Below, piece after piece: positions 9,908-18,740 of a DNA stretch of 64,000 nucleotides. Numbering within the stretch: position 1 is the stretch's first letter; the number at the start of each line of letters is the position of its first letter. The stretch comes from an uncultured virus (IMG/VR IMGVR_UViG_3300020578_000012) (lineage: Duplodnaviria > Heunggongvirae > Uroviricota > Caudoviricetes), in the IMG/VR virus record IMGVR_UViG_3300020578_000012; one strand, 5' to 3'. A program made the position numbers and the translations under genes. The notes under the pieces were generated by a model. The model did not search any database. It was not told the origin of the DNA and saw only the letters and a list, made by a program, of their open reading frames with translations.

Positions 9908-11236
9908 ATGAAAATATTGACAGTTGTACATGACTTTAATAACTTCGGCGGTATCATATCACACGCAGAGCAATTAATTGCTGGTTTCAAAGATCTCGGT
10001 CATCAAACTGGATTTATATTTCTTCGGAGCACAAAATCTGGTGGAAAGTTCTCTGAAGATTATGATAAAGAAGGATATGATATTGGTGCAGGAACAGGTA
10101 TCCCAGTTCATCAAGGTAAAGGGTGGCGCGGAGAATATCTTTCGTTTATCAATGATGATGATGTAAATAAATTTGTAAAAATTGCGAATGATTATGATAT
10201 TGTTATCTGGCAATCTATCTTTGGTTTCAAGTGCCAAGATTCAGAAGGTAAGCAATCATGGTTGAGAATGTTCACCGATGTAAAAGCCAAACATGTCATA
10301 ATTGTACATGATGGTAATCTAAAAAAGAATTATCCTTGGATACATCATCTTCGGAAACATATCGCAGGTTTGGCATGCGTTCATCCAAGCGCACTCAATC
10401 AAGCAGGATCTATGGAGATTCCTCGTGCTTTGATTCTAAATCCGCAGGATATATCCAAAAAGCGATTAACATCATTCGATGAAAAGACTGATACAATCTT
10501 CTCGCTACAAACATTCAAGCGATGGAAGCGTGTTGATGATCTCGTAGCAGCAGTTCCCTACATTCATGGTCAAGTAATTGTTGCTGGTGATGGTATTGAA
10601 CGTGCTTACATGGCATCAAAAGATAAGTGTAAGCCAGAATATTACTGTACATTGGAGAGAGATCCTCAAGCCACACCTGATCGTGTTGGTAAACCTATTT
10701 GGCAGAATGCTCTTAGCAAAGGCATGCAATATATCGGTTTCGTTTCTGAGCAAAAGCGTGATGAAATTCTAAGCCACAGTAAATTCTTGCTTGATCCTTC
10801 ATGGTCAAGAACTTATGGCGAACACTTCAATCGTGTTGTAATTGATGCAATGCTTATGGGTGTTGTTCCGATTGCTCGTAATCTTGGCGTTTCTGATAAT
10901 GAGAAAGGCGAAGGTCTACTCAAGCCAGGCAAAAATTATTTGATGATTCCCTGGGATGCTACGCCGAAACAGTTCGGAGATCTTTGTAATAAATTCTTGT
11001 CAATGCAACCTTTTGATTATAGTAAGATTGTTGCCAATAACTGGGAATTTGTTAAAAAGTTTGATCGTAAAAACATTGCGTCGGAATATATTGCTCTTGC
11101 AACTGGATTGCTTGAAACGCAAACAGGAAAATTTAATGCCGAGTTAAATGATGTAGTAGATTCTGTGTGGTGCAATCACTTTAAATTTTCTGATAAACTG
11201 AATGTGACTAGTACCCTAGATGACATGTTTGGTTGA
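9908..11236 (+). CDS. GT-B fold glycosyltransferase, probable DNA glycosyltransferase
   Basis: MKILTVVH..NFGGIISH, FKRWKRVD, EHFNRVVIDAMLMG; coupled to TET gene; C-terminal STLDDMFG. Confidence 0.78.
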   Translation: MKILTVVHDFNNFGGIISHAEQLIAGFKDLGHQTGFIFLRSTKSGGKFSEDYDKEGYDIGAGTGIPVHQGKGWRGEYLSFINDDDVNKFVKIANDYDIVIWQSIFGFKCQDSEGKQSWLRMFTDVKAKHVIIVHDGNLKKNYPWIHHLRKHIAGLACVHPSALNQAGSMEIPRALILNPQDISKKRLTSFDEKTDTIFSLQTFKRWKRVDDLVAAVPYIHGQVIVAGDGIERAYMASKDKCKPEYYCTLERDPQATPDRVGKPIWQNALSKGMQYIGFVSEQKRDEILSHSKFLLDPSWSRTYGEHFNRVVIDAMLMGVVPIARNLGVSDNEKGEGLLKPGKNYLMIPWDATPKQFGDLCNKFLSMQPFDYSKIVANNWEFVKKFDRKNIASEYIALATGLLETQTGKFNAELNDVVDSVWCNHFKFSDKLNVTSTLDDMFG

Positions 11237-11278
11237 CTATATAATACGTTGATTTGAATTTTACACTCTGGAGTTAAT

Positions 11279-12118
11279 ATGCAACTTGAAGTAAAAGTAG
11301 AAGAACTTCGCAAGAAGAAATTGTTTGTAGCCACCCCAATGTATGGTGGTATGTCTCATGGTATGTACGCAAAGTCTTGCTTGGATTTACAAGCATTGTG
11401 CGGGCAGTATGGAATCGATGTTCGATTCTCATTTATCTTTAATGAATCTCTAATTACTAGAGCAAGAAATTATCTTGTTGATGAGTTCCTTCGTGCAGAA
11501 GGATATACTCATCTGCTCTTTATTGACGCAGACATTCATTATGACCCTCGCGATGTGATTGCATTACTTGCTCTAGATAAAGATGTAAGTGGTGGACCGT
11601 ATCCGAAGAAATCAATTAAATGGAGTGCAATTAAAGAAGGATTAAAGCGACATCCTGATCTTCCTATTGCAGAAATGGAAAAATTGGCAGGTGATTATGT
11701 GTTTAATCCTGCTCCAGGAACTGAAAAGTTCAGCGTCGCCGAGCCAGTTGAAGTTCTTGAGATTGGTACAGGATTTATGATGGTTAAACGTGAAGTGTTT
11801 GATCGTTTCCGAGAAGCCTATCCTGAGTTTAGTTACAGACCAGATCATGTTGGTCAAGCAAACTTTGATGGCACTCGTTATATCCATGCCTATTTCGATA
11901 CAGTCATCGATCGCAAGCGTGTAATTAATATTGATGGTAAAGAAAAAGAAGTTGGTGGCTCTGATCGTTATCTCTCTGAAGATTACATGTTCTGCCAGTG
12001 GTGGCGTAGAATTGGCGGACAAATTTGGTTGTGTCCTTGGATGAAGACTCATCACGTTGGAACGTATGCATTTACTGGTGATCTGCCAGCCATTGCTAAC
12101 TGGGTTGGCGCTCTGTAA
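11279..12118 (+). CDS. GT-A fold glycosyltransferase-like protein
   Basis: FVATPMYGG, SLITRARN, LLFIDADI (DxD), GTGFMMV, YLSEDYMFC. Confidence 0.75.
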   Translation: MQLEVKVEELRKKKLFVATPMYGGMSHGMYAKSCLDLQALCGQYGIDVRFSFIFNESLITRARNYLVDEFLRAEGYTHLLFIDADIHYDPRDVIALLALDKDVSGGPYPKKSIKWSAIKEGLKRHPDLPIAEMEKLAGDYVFNPAPGTEKFSVAEPVEVLEIGTGFMMVKREVFDRFREAYPEFSYRPDHVGQANFDGTRYIHAYFDTVIDRKRVINIDGKEKEVGGSDRYLSEDYMFCQWWRRIGGQIWLCPWMKTHHVGTYAFTGDLPAIANWVGAL

Positions 12119-12135
12119 AGAATAAAGTATTTGTT

Positions 12136-12804
12136 ATGATTATAGGTCTTGTCGGCAATATCGGCAATGGTAAAGGAACTGTTGCTGATATCTTAGTTGA
12201 ACATCATAATTTTTTAAAAGAAAGTTATGCGAATAGCGTCAAAGATGCTTGCGCTGTAATTTTTGGTTGGGATCGCGCTTTGCTTGAAGGTGATACACCA
12301 GAGTCAAGAACATGGCGCGAACAAGATGATCCATGGTGGTCAGGAAAATTTGGGAAAACATTTTCACCAAGATTAGCACTCCAACTTATGGGCACAGAGG
12401 CAGGTCGTGGGATATTTCATCCTGACCTGTGGGTTCATACAGTTATGCGTCGATGCGAACAAGCACCTTGGAACAATTATGTGATTGCTGATGTTAGATT
12501 TCCAAATGAAATCAAAGCAATTGTTAATTCTGGCGGTAAAGTTATTCGTGTTCGGCGTGGTGATGATCCTGAGTGGTATAATCTTGCTAGAGATTGCAAT
12601 CTTCGCAATACACCCGAACTGATGCGCAATGCATATCCAGATGTACATCATTCTGAATGGGCATGGATTGGGTCGCACTACGACATTGTATTGGACAATA
12701 ATTGTTCATTAGAAGAACTAAAAATAAGAGTTGACAAGTTGATGAATTCTATCTATAATAATCATGTTGAAGCGAATGAGGTTCTAAATTATGAAACTTT
12801 CTGA
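12136..12804 (+). CDS. gp1: Deoxynucleoside monophosphate kinase
   Basis: GNIGNGKGT P-loop, PRLALQLMGTE, IADVRFPNE, HHSE. Confidence 0.92.
   Translation: MIIGLVGNIGNGKGTVADILVEHHNFLKESYANSVKDACAVIFGWDRALLEGDTPESRTWREQDDPWWSGKFGKTFSPRLALQLMGTEAGRGIFHPDLWVHTVMRRCEQAPWNNYVIADVRFPNEIKAIVNSGGKVIRVRRGDDPEWYNLARDCNLRNTPELMRNAYPDVHHSEWAWIGSHYDIVLDNNCSLEELKIRVDKLMNSIYNNHVEANEVLNYETF
12731..12759 (+). promoter_or_regulatory. Consensus sigma70 promoter upstream of gp45
   Basis: TTGACA 12731-12736, 17-nt spacer, TATAAT 12754-12759. Confidence 0.8.
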
Positions 12805-13477
12805 AGATACTGTTAATATTTTAAAAAACTTTTCTGGCATTAATCAAAGTTTGCATTTCAAGAGTGGTAATGTCATCAAAACTATTTCTCCACTAAGAAC
12901 AATTTATGTAGAGGCAACGATCGGCGAAAATTTCCCGAAAGATTTTGCGCTCTATGATTTGAACAAACTTCTTGCCAAAATTTCTCTCTATAAAGAGGCT
13001 TATCTTTCTTTTGGTGAAGATCGTGTTAATATCTCTACTGAGAATAAAAAGAAGTCTGATTACATCAAGTATTGTTCGCCGCAAGTAATTGTCGCGCCGA
13101 AAGATGGTAAGTCTATTCAGTTCGATGATTCGTATTGCTCATTTACACTTTCGAGCGAAGATCTTGAGTGGATGCGTCGTTCGGCTGGCATTTCTGGCTC
13201 GCCGAATTTTGTATTCGAGAGTGATGGTGAAGTGATTACTTTCATGGCTACTGATGTTGCTGATGATTCGTCTGATCAGTCTAAGATTGAAATTGCTACA
13301 GGTGATGGTAAGGTATTTAAAGTTGTCATGAAGGTTGAAAACTTTAAGATGATGGATGGATCGTATGATGTTTCGATTGCTAAGAAAGGTCTTGCTCAGT
13401 TTAAACATAAGAGTTCTGACATCATCTACTACATTGCTGTAGAAGCGAAAGACTCAAAGTTTAGTGAGAAAGAATAA
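12791..13477 (+). CDS. gp45: Sliding clamp
   Basis: MKLSEDTVNILKNFSGINQS, FALYDLN, C-terminal YYIAVE; gp45-gp44-gp62-regA synteny. Confidence 0.95.
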   Translation: MKLSEDTVNILKNFSGINQSLHFKSGNVIKTISPLRTIYVEATIGENFPKDFALYDLNKLLAKISLYKEAYLSFGEDRVNISTENKKKSDYIKYCSPQVIVAPKDGKSIQFDDSYCSFTLSSEDLEWMRRSAGISGSPNFVFESDGEVITFMATDVADDSSDQSKIEIATGDGKVFKVVMKVENFKMMDGSYDVSIAKKGLAQFKHKSSDIIYYIAVEAKDSKFSEKE

Positions 13478-13479
13478 TC

Positions 13480-13716
13480 ATGGCACTTGATAAAGCAAAG
13501 GTTTTGGGATGCCTCCAAGAAATCTCAAATTCACTCACTCGTGTTGAAGCCGAACGTGATCTCATCAAAGAGATTCTCGACAAGATGCATGACGAATGCG
13601 AGATTCCCAAGAAGTTGGGTCGTAAACTGGCAAAGACTTATCACAAGCGTAGTTATGAAGAGGAAGTTGCAGAGCAGAGTGACTTCCAGACTATCTATGA
13701 GAATGTGGCTAAATAA
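13480..13716 (+). CDS. dsbA: DsbA-like dsDNA-binding protein
   Basis: Size and RKLAKTYHK..YEEEVAE pattern typical of the T4 DsbA family. Confidence 0.7.
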   Translation: MALDKAKVLGCLQEISNSLTRVEAERDLIKEILDKMHDECEIPKKLGRKLAKTYHKRSYEEEVAEQSDFQTIYENVAK

Positions 13717-13722
13717 GTCTAT

Positions 13723-13795
13723 TGGGGCGCAACTGTTCTTGTTGACAGCACACTCCGCCAGACTGCCGCTGTGAGGATTCACCCCCTCCGTCCCA
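13723..13795 (+). ncRNA. Putative structured RNA (cloverleaf-like) between dsbA and gp44
   Basis: GC-rich 73 nt; closing stem TGGGGCG/CGTCCCA, hairpins CTGT/ACAG and GAGG/CCTC; CTAAATA at 13709-13715. Confidence 0.45.
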
Positions 13796-13818
13796 TCTTT
13801 TCATCATGAGGTTTTATT

Positions 13819-14754
13819 ATGAGTGATGTTTTGTGGGTAGAACGCTATAGACCGCATACGATCGCTGATTGCATACTTCCAGAAGAATACAAATCTACTT
13901 TCCAGTCCTATGTGGATCGGAAAGAGATTCCGCATTTGCTTCTTTGCGGTGGTCCAGGCACAGGTAAGACTACAGTTGCACGCGCATTGTGTGATGAAAT
14001 CGGTTGCGACTATCTCATGATCAACGGCTCGGATGAGTCTGGTATTGACACATTCCGAACCAAAATCAAGAACTATGCCAGTGCAATGTCTCTTGGTGGT
14101 GGTAAAAAAGTCATCATTATTGATGAAGCAGATTATTTGAACCCCAATAGTACCCAGCCAGCGATGCGTGCAGCGATGGAAGAATTTGCGCATAACTGCA
14201 CGTTCATCATGACTTGTAACTACAAGAATCGTATCATTGAACCGTTGCATTCTCGTTGCGCTGTGATTGAATTCAAACTGCGCAAGGAAGATAAACCAAA
14301 GATGGCTGCAGCATTCATGAAGCGTGCTGCTGAAATTCTTAACGTCGAAAAGATTCCTTTCGAGAAAACAGTATTAGTTGAAGTTGTCAAGAAGCATTTT
14401 CCTGACTATCGCCGAGTGTTGAATGAACTACAGCGATATTCAGTCAGTGGTAAGATCGACGCTGGTATATTATCAAGCATTGCTGACGTATCAATCAATG
14501 AACTGGTAACTTCTTTAAAGGAACAAAACTTTGGGGCAATGAGAAAGTGGGTTGCTGATTTTGGTGGTGATGATCCTGCAAAGATTTATCGTAAGATCTA
14601 TGATAGTCTGTATGATATCATGGATAAGTCTACGATTCCAAATGCGGTTGTAATTCTTGCGCGCTATCAATACCAATCAGCATTTGTTGCAGATCAGGAA
14701 CTAAATCTTACCGCATGCCTCACTGAGATGATGGTGGAGTGTAAGTTCGTATGA
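13819..14754 (+). CDS. gp44: Clamp loader large subunit
   Basis: LWVERYRP, GGPGTGKT, IIIDEAD, PLHSRC. Confidence 0.97.
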   Translation: MSDVLWVERYRPHTIADCILPEEYKSTFQSYVDRKEIPHLLLCGGPGTGKTTVARALCDEIGCDYLMINGSDESGIDTFRTKIKNYASAMSLGGGKKVIIIDEADYLNPNSTQPAMRAAMEEFAHNCTFIMTCNYKNRIIEPLHSRCAVIEFKLRKEDKPKMAAAFMKRAAEILNVEKIPFEKTVLVEVVKKHFPDYRRVLNELQRYSVSGKIDAGILSSIADVSINELVTSLKEQNFGAMRKWVADFGGDDPAKIYRKIYDSLYDIMDKSTIPNAVVILARYQYQSAFVADQELNLTACLTEMMVECKFV

Positions 14755-15320
14755 AAAATAGAAAAAATAAAAAATCGAAAAAAACTAGTGTCGAAACATC
14801 AGGTGTAGAATTTGAAATTCAAACTAAAAAATGGATACGAAAACACTATTCAAATCAAATATTGAGTTTAGAGCAGCATCATGAAATACAGATTCCTAGT
14901 GAAGATATGGCGAGAATATATATCAAAAATGCTGAAGAAGTGATCAGAACATTTAAACAATTTAATTCAAAATATGTCTTTGACTTTAAAGTTGTTTTAA
15001 AAAACGGAAAACAAATATTCATAGAGTCTAAATCTAGACAAAGCAAATGTTATGGTAAGCAAGATAGTAAAATCGGATTAAACAAAGATACTGCTATTGA
15101 TGGTGCTATCATAAGAGGAAGAATCTTAAAACTGAGTATGCAAATTCAAGGAATCAAAGACTATGAATACATTGTAGTCTCTAATGCATTTCCAAAAATA
15201 ACAAATAATAACTATTTAAAACTTGTATTGGCAATGCATATTGATGATTTAATACACGAAGTAGTAATCCTAGATTCATCAATCGAAAATCGATCTACTT
15301 TAGATCATATGTTTGTTTAA
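14751..15320 (+). CDS. Putative PD-(D/E)XK endonuclease inserted between gp44 and gp62
   Basis: SGVEFE helix, FDF...IFIESKS catalytic pattern; AT-rich; C-terminal STLDHMFV. Confidence 0.65.
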   Translation: MKNRKNKKSKKTSVETSGVEFEIQTKKWIRKHYSNQILSLEQHHEIQIPSEDMARIYIKNAEEVIRTFKQFNSKYVFDFKVVLKNGKQIFIESKSRQSKCYGKQDSKIGLNKDTAIDGAIIRGRILKLSMQIQGIKDYEYIVVSNAFPKITNNNYLKLVLAMHIDDLIHEVVILDSSIENRSTLDHMFV

Positions 15321-15321
15321 T

Positions 15322-15702
15322 ATGGCTGACTTGTTTAAAGAAATACTTCCGTCTATCCTACAGACCAAGGAATATGCCTTGCTGACTGAACAGGACGAGA
15401 AGTCTTATTCGTCTTTCATGGTAAATAGAGCACTTTCCTATCATCGTGATACGGTCCTATTAGCCAATGAGATGAATCGATTCACAACACTCGACAATAA
15501 ACTCAAATATGACTTTCTTATAAATATTATAAGAGCCCAGAAACGTCCATATGGTAAATGGCACAAAAAGGCTCAAAGTAGTGATTTGAGTGTAGTTAAA
15601 GAATATTATGGATACTCCGACGCGAAAGCAGAGGAAACATTGAAGATTCTTTCTGAAGACCAAATCACCGCGATGAAAAAACAATTATATAAAGGTGATT
15701 GA
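15322..15702 (+). CDS. gp62: Clamp loader small subunit
   Basis: FMVNRALSY, ANEMN, KEYYGYS; synteny. Confidence 0.93.
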   Translation: MADLFKEILPSILQTKEYALLTEQDEKSYSSFMVNRALSYHRDTVLLANEMNRFTTLDNKLKYDFLINIIRAQKRPYGKWHKKAQSSDLSVVKEYYGYSDAKAEETLKILSEDQITAMKKQLYKGD

Positions 15703-15704
15703 CC

Positions 15705-16103
15705 ATGGTCGAAAAACTCGTAGAAGTCACACTAGAAAAGCAAGACGACTTCCTCAAAGTTCGCGAGACGCTTACTCGCATTGGTGTCGCAGCCAAGAAT
15801 GACAACATTCTATATCAATCCTGCCATATCCTCCATAAACAAGGTAAGTATTATATCGTCCACTTCAAAGAACTCTTCGAGTTGGACGGTAAGCCGAGCA
15901 ATATGTCAGACAATGACATTCAACGTCGTAATACCATTGCCAATCTAATGGCTGAATGGGGTTTGGTAAAACTCGTAAGTCCAGAAAAAACAAAAGACAA
16001 CGTCGCTCCACTATCACAGATTAAAATTCTTCCGTTTAAGGATAAGAATGACTGGCAACTAGTTTCCAAATATACCATAGGAAAAAAGAAAAAAGAATCA
16101 TGA
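15705..16103 (+). CDS. regA: Translational repressor RegA
   Basis: DDFLKVRETLTRIG, LYQSCHILHKQGKYYIVHFKELF. Confidence 0.97.
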   Translation: MVEKLVEVTLEKQDDFLKVRETLTRIGVAAKNDNILYQSCHILHKQGKYYIVHFKELFELDGKPSNMSDNDIQRRNTIANLMAEWGLVKLVSPEKTKDNVAPLSQIKILPFKDKNDWQLVSKYTIGKKKKES

Positions 16104-16702
16104 TGAAGCATTTTTGTTTTGATGACAATTTCGGGGAGCACTGGTTTTCTTTTTCAAAATTGTATTCTGAAATGGTGCAACATTTTCCAGATTCAAGTCA
16201 CTTTGTAGAAATTGGTTCTTGGAAAGGTAGATTCGCTGCATATATGGCAGTGGAAATAATTAACTCTGGAAAAAATATAAAGTTTGATTGCGTTGATTTA
16301 TGGGAAAACGATTCTTTTTATAAAGAAAAGATGTCGGGTCAAGGATATCCAAATTTTAGCGAGGATTTATATCAAACATTCTCACACAACACCAAACCTG
16401 TGTCTCACATCATAAATGCAATTCGTGGCGATTCCTCTGCGGTCTCATTAAATTATTCAGATGAGTCACTAGATTTTGTTTTCATAGATGGCGATCATTC
16501 TTATGAGGGTATAAAGAAAGATTTACAATGCTGGTTACCAAAAATTAAAAATAATGGAGTTATTGCAGGGCATGATTATCATCATGAGCCTATAAAGAGA
16601 GCTGTTTTTGAAATTCTAGGATTAAATGATTGCGAAGATACATGGGGAAATAATTGTTTTATAGTTAAAATTGTAGATGGTAAATTTATAAAATATAATT
16701 AA
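16100..16702 (+). CDS. Class I SAM-dependent methyltransferase (Methyltransf_24-like)
   Basis: VEIGSWKG, DFVFIDGDHSYE, GVIAGHDY. Confidence 0.88.
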   Translation: MMKHFCFDDNFGEHWFSFSKLYSEMVQHFPDSSHFVEIGSWKGRFAAYMAVEIINSGKNIKFDCVDLWENDSFYKEKMSGQGYPNFSEDLYQTFSHNTKPVSHIINAIRGDSSAVSLNYSDESLDFVFIDGDHSYEGIKKDLQCWLPKIKNNGVIAGHDYHHEPIKRAVFEILGLNDCEDTWGNNCFIVKIVDGKFIKYN

Positions 16703-16711
16703 GGATAAATT

Positions 16712-17275
16712 ATGCTTTATTTGAGTGTGTATCGACTTGGTGATGATGTAGAATTGCCAACCTTTGGCACTAGCATGGCAACATGCTTTGATCTTTCTTT
16801 TCAACCAACAACCAAATTAGTGAAGGGATATGACTCTTTCAACGCACCGATTGAACGTGAAGTCAATACTCTTGGTGAGACGTACATCTACCCAGGAGAT
16901 CGGCTTTTGATTCCAACTGGATTGATCTTCAAAATCAATCATAAAGTTACCATAGAAACTTTTGCTGATATTTCAAGAACTGAGATGCCATTGCAGAATT
17001 ATAGTATTCGTTTGCATCCTCGCTCTGGTCTTTCGCTTAAGAAAGGTTTGATCCTAGCGAACTGTGAAGGTGTTGTGGATGTTGACTATCAAGAAGAAGT
17101 CTTCGTTCTACTCACCAATGTATCAAAAATGCATGCGACTATTAGAAAGGGCGATAGAATTGCACAAGGTGAGATTATTTGCAATGAGTCTTTTCATATC
17201 GGCATTATAAACACTCGTCCAGAAAAACATTCAGAAAGATCTGGTGGATTCGGCTCAACTGGCATTGCTAGTTGA
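16712..17275 (+). CDS. dut: Trimeric dUTPase
   Basis: PRSGL, GVVDVDY, GDRIAQ, RSGGFGSTG. Confidence 0.95.
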   Translation: MLYLSVYRLGDDVELPTFGTSMATCFDLSFQPTTKLVKGYDSFNAPIEREVNTLGETYIYPGDRLLIPTGLIFKINHKVTIETFADISRTEMPLQNYSIRLHPRSGLSLKKGLILANCEGVVDVDYQEEVFVLLTNVSKMHATIRKGDRIAQGEIICNESFHIGIINTRPEKHSERSGGFGSTGIAS

Positions 17276-17282
17276 CTAAATA
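17275..17282 (+). promoter_or_regulatory. T4-like late promoter element
   Basis: ACTAAATA, a variant of TATAAATA; the same 8-mer occurs at gene boundaries 46031 and 60101. Confidence 0.6.
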
Positions 17283-17286
17283 AGAA

Positions 17287-17334
17287 GGATGCCCATTTGG
17301 GGTCCGTAACAACAACTTGCTTAATAAAGGAGTT
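17287..17334 (+). promoter_or_regulatory. ROSE-like RNA thermometer in hsp20 leader
   Basis: Hairpin GGAT-G-CCC/GGG-GTCC, then AACTT-G-CTT pairing with SD AAGGAGTT with a bulged G (UUGCU motif). Confidence 0.65.
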
Positions 17335-17339
17335 ATAAA

Positions 17340-17780
17340 ATGACAAATATCACTGCACTCACATCCGCATACGTCGATCGCCTTCTACCAACAGCACTTG
17401 GTTTCGAGAATGCGTTCGCCGCGCTAGACAATGCGGCTCATCTATTGACTGCTACTCAAACTGCATTTCCACCTGTGAATGTCGTCAAGAAAGACGAATA
17501 CAACTTTATTTTGGAATTGGCAGTTGCTGGTTACAAACAAGATGAGATTGAAATCACTAGCGAGAGAAACTCTCTCAAAGTAACAGGCAAAAAAGCAGAA
17601 ACTGACGAACGGATATACATTACAAAGGGTATTGCTGGTCGTAAGTTCTCGCGTCAATTTGTTTTGTCTGACACTATAGTGGTTCGCGACGCAGCACTTG
17701 CTGATGGCATTCTTTCCATTGAATTGGAAAATGTCATCCCTGAAGAACAGAAGCCTCGTAAGATTGAAATTAAAGGATGA
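17340..17780 (+). CDS. hsp20: Small heat shock protein (Hsp20/IbpA family)
   Basis: FPPVNV, ELAVAGY, KGIAGRKFSRQF, DGILSI, PEEQKPRKIEI. Confidence 0.95.
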   Translation: MTNITALTSAYVDRLLPTALGFENAFAALDNAAHLLTATQTAFPPVNVVKKDEYNFILELAVAGYKQDEIEITSERNSLKVTGKKAETDERIYITKGIAGRKFSRQFVLSDTIVVRDAALADGILSIELENVIPEEQKPRKIEIKG

Positions 17781-17784
17781 TATT

Positions 17785-17895
17785 ATGAATCCAGCAGACA
17801 TCTTCATTTTACTTTTAATTGGTGCTTTTAGCATCGTATATTTCTTTAGAGATAAATCTAAAGATAAAGAAAAAGAAGATAAGTGGATTCTATAA
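17785..17895 (+). CDS. Small single-TM protein
   Basis: MNPADIFILLLIGAFSIVYFF plus charged tail; SD AGGA. Confidence 0.5.
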   Translation: MNPADIFILLLIGAFSIVYFFRDKSKDKEKEDKWIL

Positions 17896-17910
17896 CTTGA
17901 GAACTATATT

Positions 17911-18390
17911 ATGATTCGTGATGAACTATCGTGGGATGAATTGTTTATCTTACAGGCTACTCTGATCGCACAGAAGAGCAAGGATCCGTCGACAAAGGTG
18001 GGGTGTGTAATCGTCAATGATGATAACGTCATCTTGTCGACGGGTTTTAATGGTTTTCCTCGCGGCATTGAAGAAGATTGGAAAGATCGCTGGAAGCGTC
18101 CAGAAAAGTATCACTGGGTTGAACATGCTGAACGCAACGCAATCTTCAATGCTGCTCGTGTTGGTGTTTCACTCAACAACTCACGTGCATATCTAAACTG
18201 GGAACCAAAGCCATGCGCCGATTGTACACGCGCATTGATTCAAGCAGGCATCAAGGAAGTCATCGGACCGAATCGTCCGTTTCCTGGCGTTGGTGTTGGC
18301 AAGCACTATTCAATTGAACACGCAGAACAAATGCTGAATGAAGCAGGTGTGAAAGTGAGAACTTGGGACATGCCTAAAGAGTTGTTATGA
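17911..18390 (+). CDS. cd: dCMP deaminase
   Basis: SKDPSTKVG, GFNG, HAERNA, PCADC. Confidence 0.93.
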   Translation: MIRDELSWDELFILQATLIAQKSKDPSTKVGCVIVNDDNVILSTGFNGFPRGIEEDWKDRWKRPEKYHWVEHAERNAIFNAARVGVSLNNSRAYLNWEPKPCADCTRALIQAGIKEVIGPNRPFPGVGVGKHYSIEHAEQMLNEAGVKVRTWDMPKELL

Positions 18391-18740
18391 CCACAGAACA
18401 AATAATTTGGACGTTTTCTATTTGGGCATTTTTGATTGGAACTATTTATGTTCTGACAGGATGGCAAAAAGTTGTTGATTGTTACAAAATGTGGTTCACC
18501 AAAGAATATTGGAAACCATACAACATCGTAGAAGCAGCAAGTTGGTTTGCGAAAGCAATCATCATTGTTCCTGGACTTGTATTTGGAATTCAGATTTGGT
18601 GGTTGTACTTTTTTGCAACAGCAACTAGTCTCACATTGATTTGGGCATCTAACGAGAAATTGCTTCCGACGTTGGTCGGATTCAATACACTGTGGGTTTG
18701 GTTGGCTTGCGCGGTCATCGTACAGAATCTTGTGGTCTGA
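18387..18740 (+). CDS. Hypothetical multi-pass membrane protein
   Basis: Several hydrophobic segments. Confidence 0.7.
   Translation: MTTEQIIWTFSIWAFLIGTIYVLTGWQKVVDCYKMWFTKEYWKPYNIVEAASWFAKAIIIVPGLVFGIQIWWLYFFATATSLTLIWASNEKLLPTLVGFNTLWVWLACAVIVQNLVV

Noticed and set aside
13723..13795. Canonical tRNA or cobalamin riboswitch (GCAACTGT and GCCAGACTGCC fragments)
   Set aside because: No anticodon arm, TTCRA loop or CCA; too short and lacking the riboswitch core, so kept only as an unknown structured RNA
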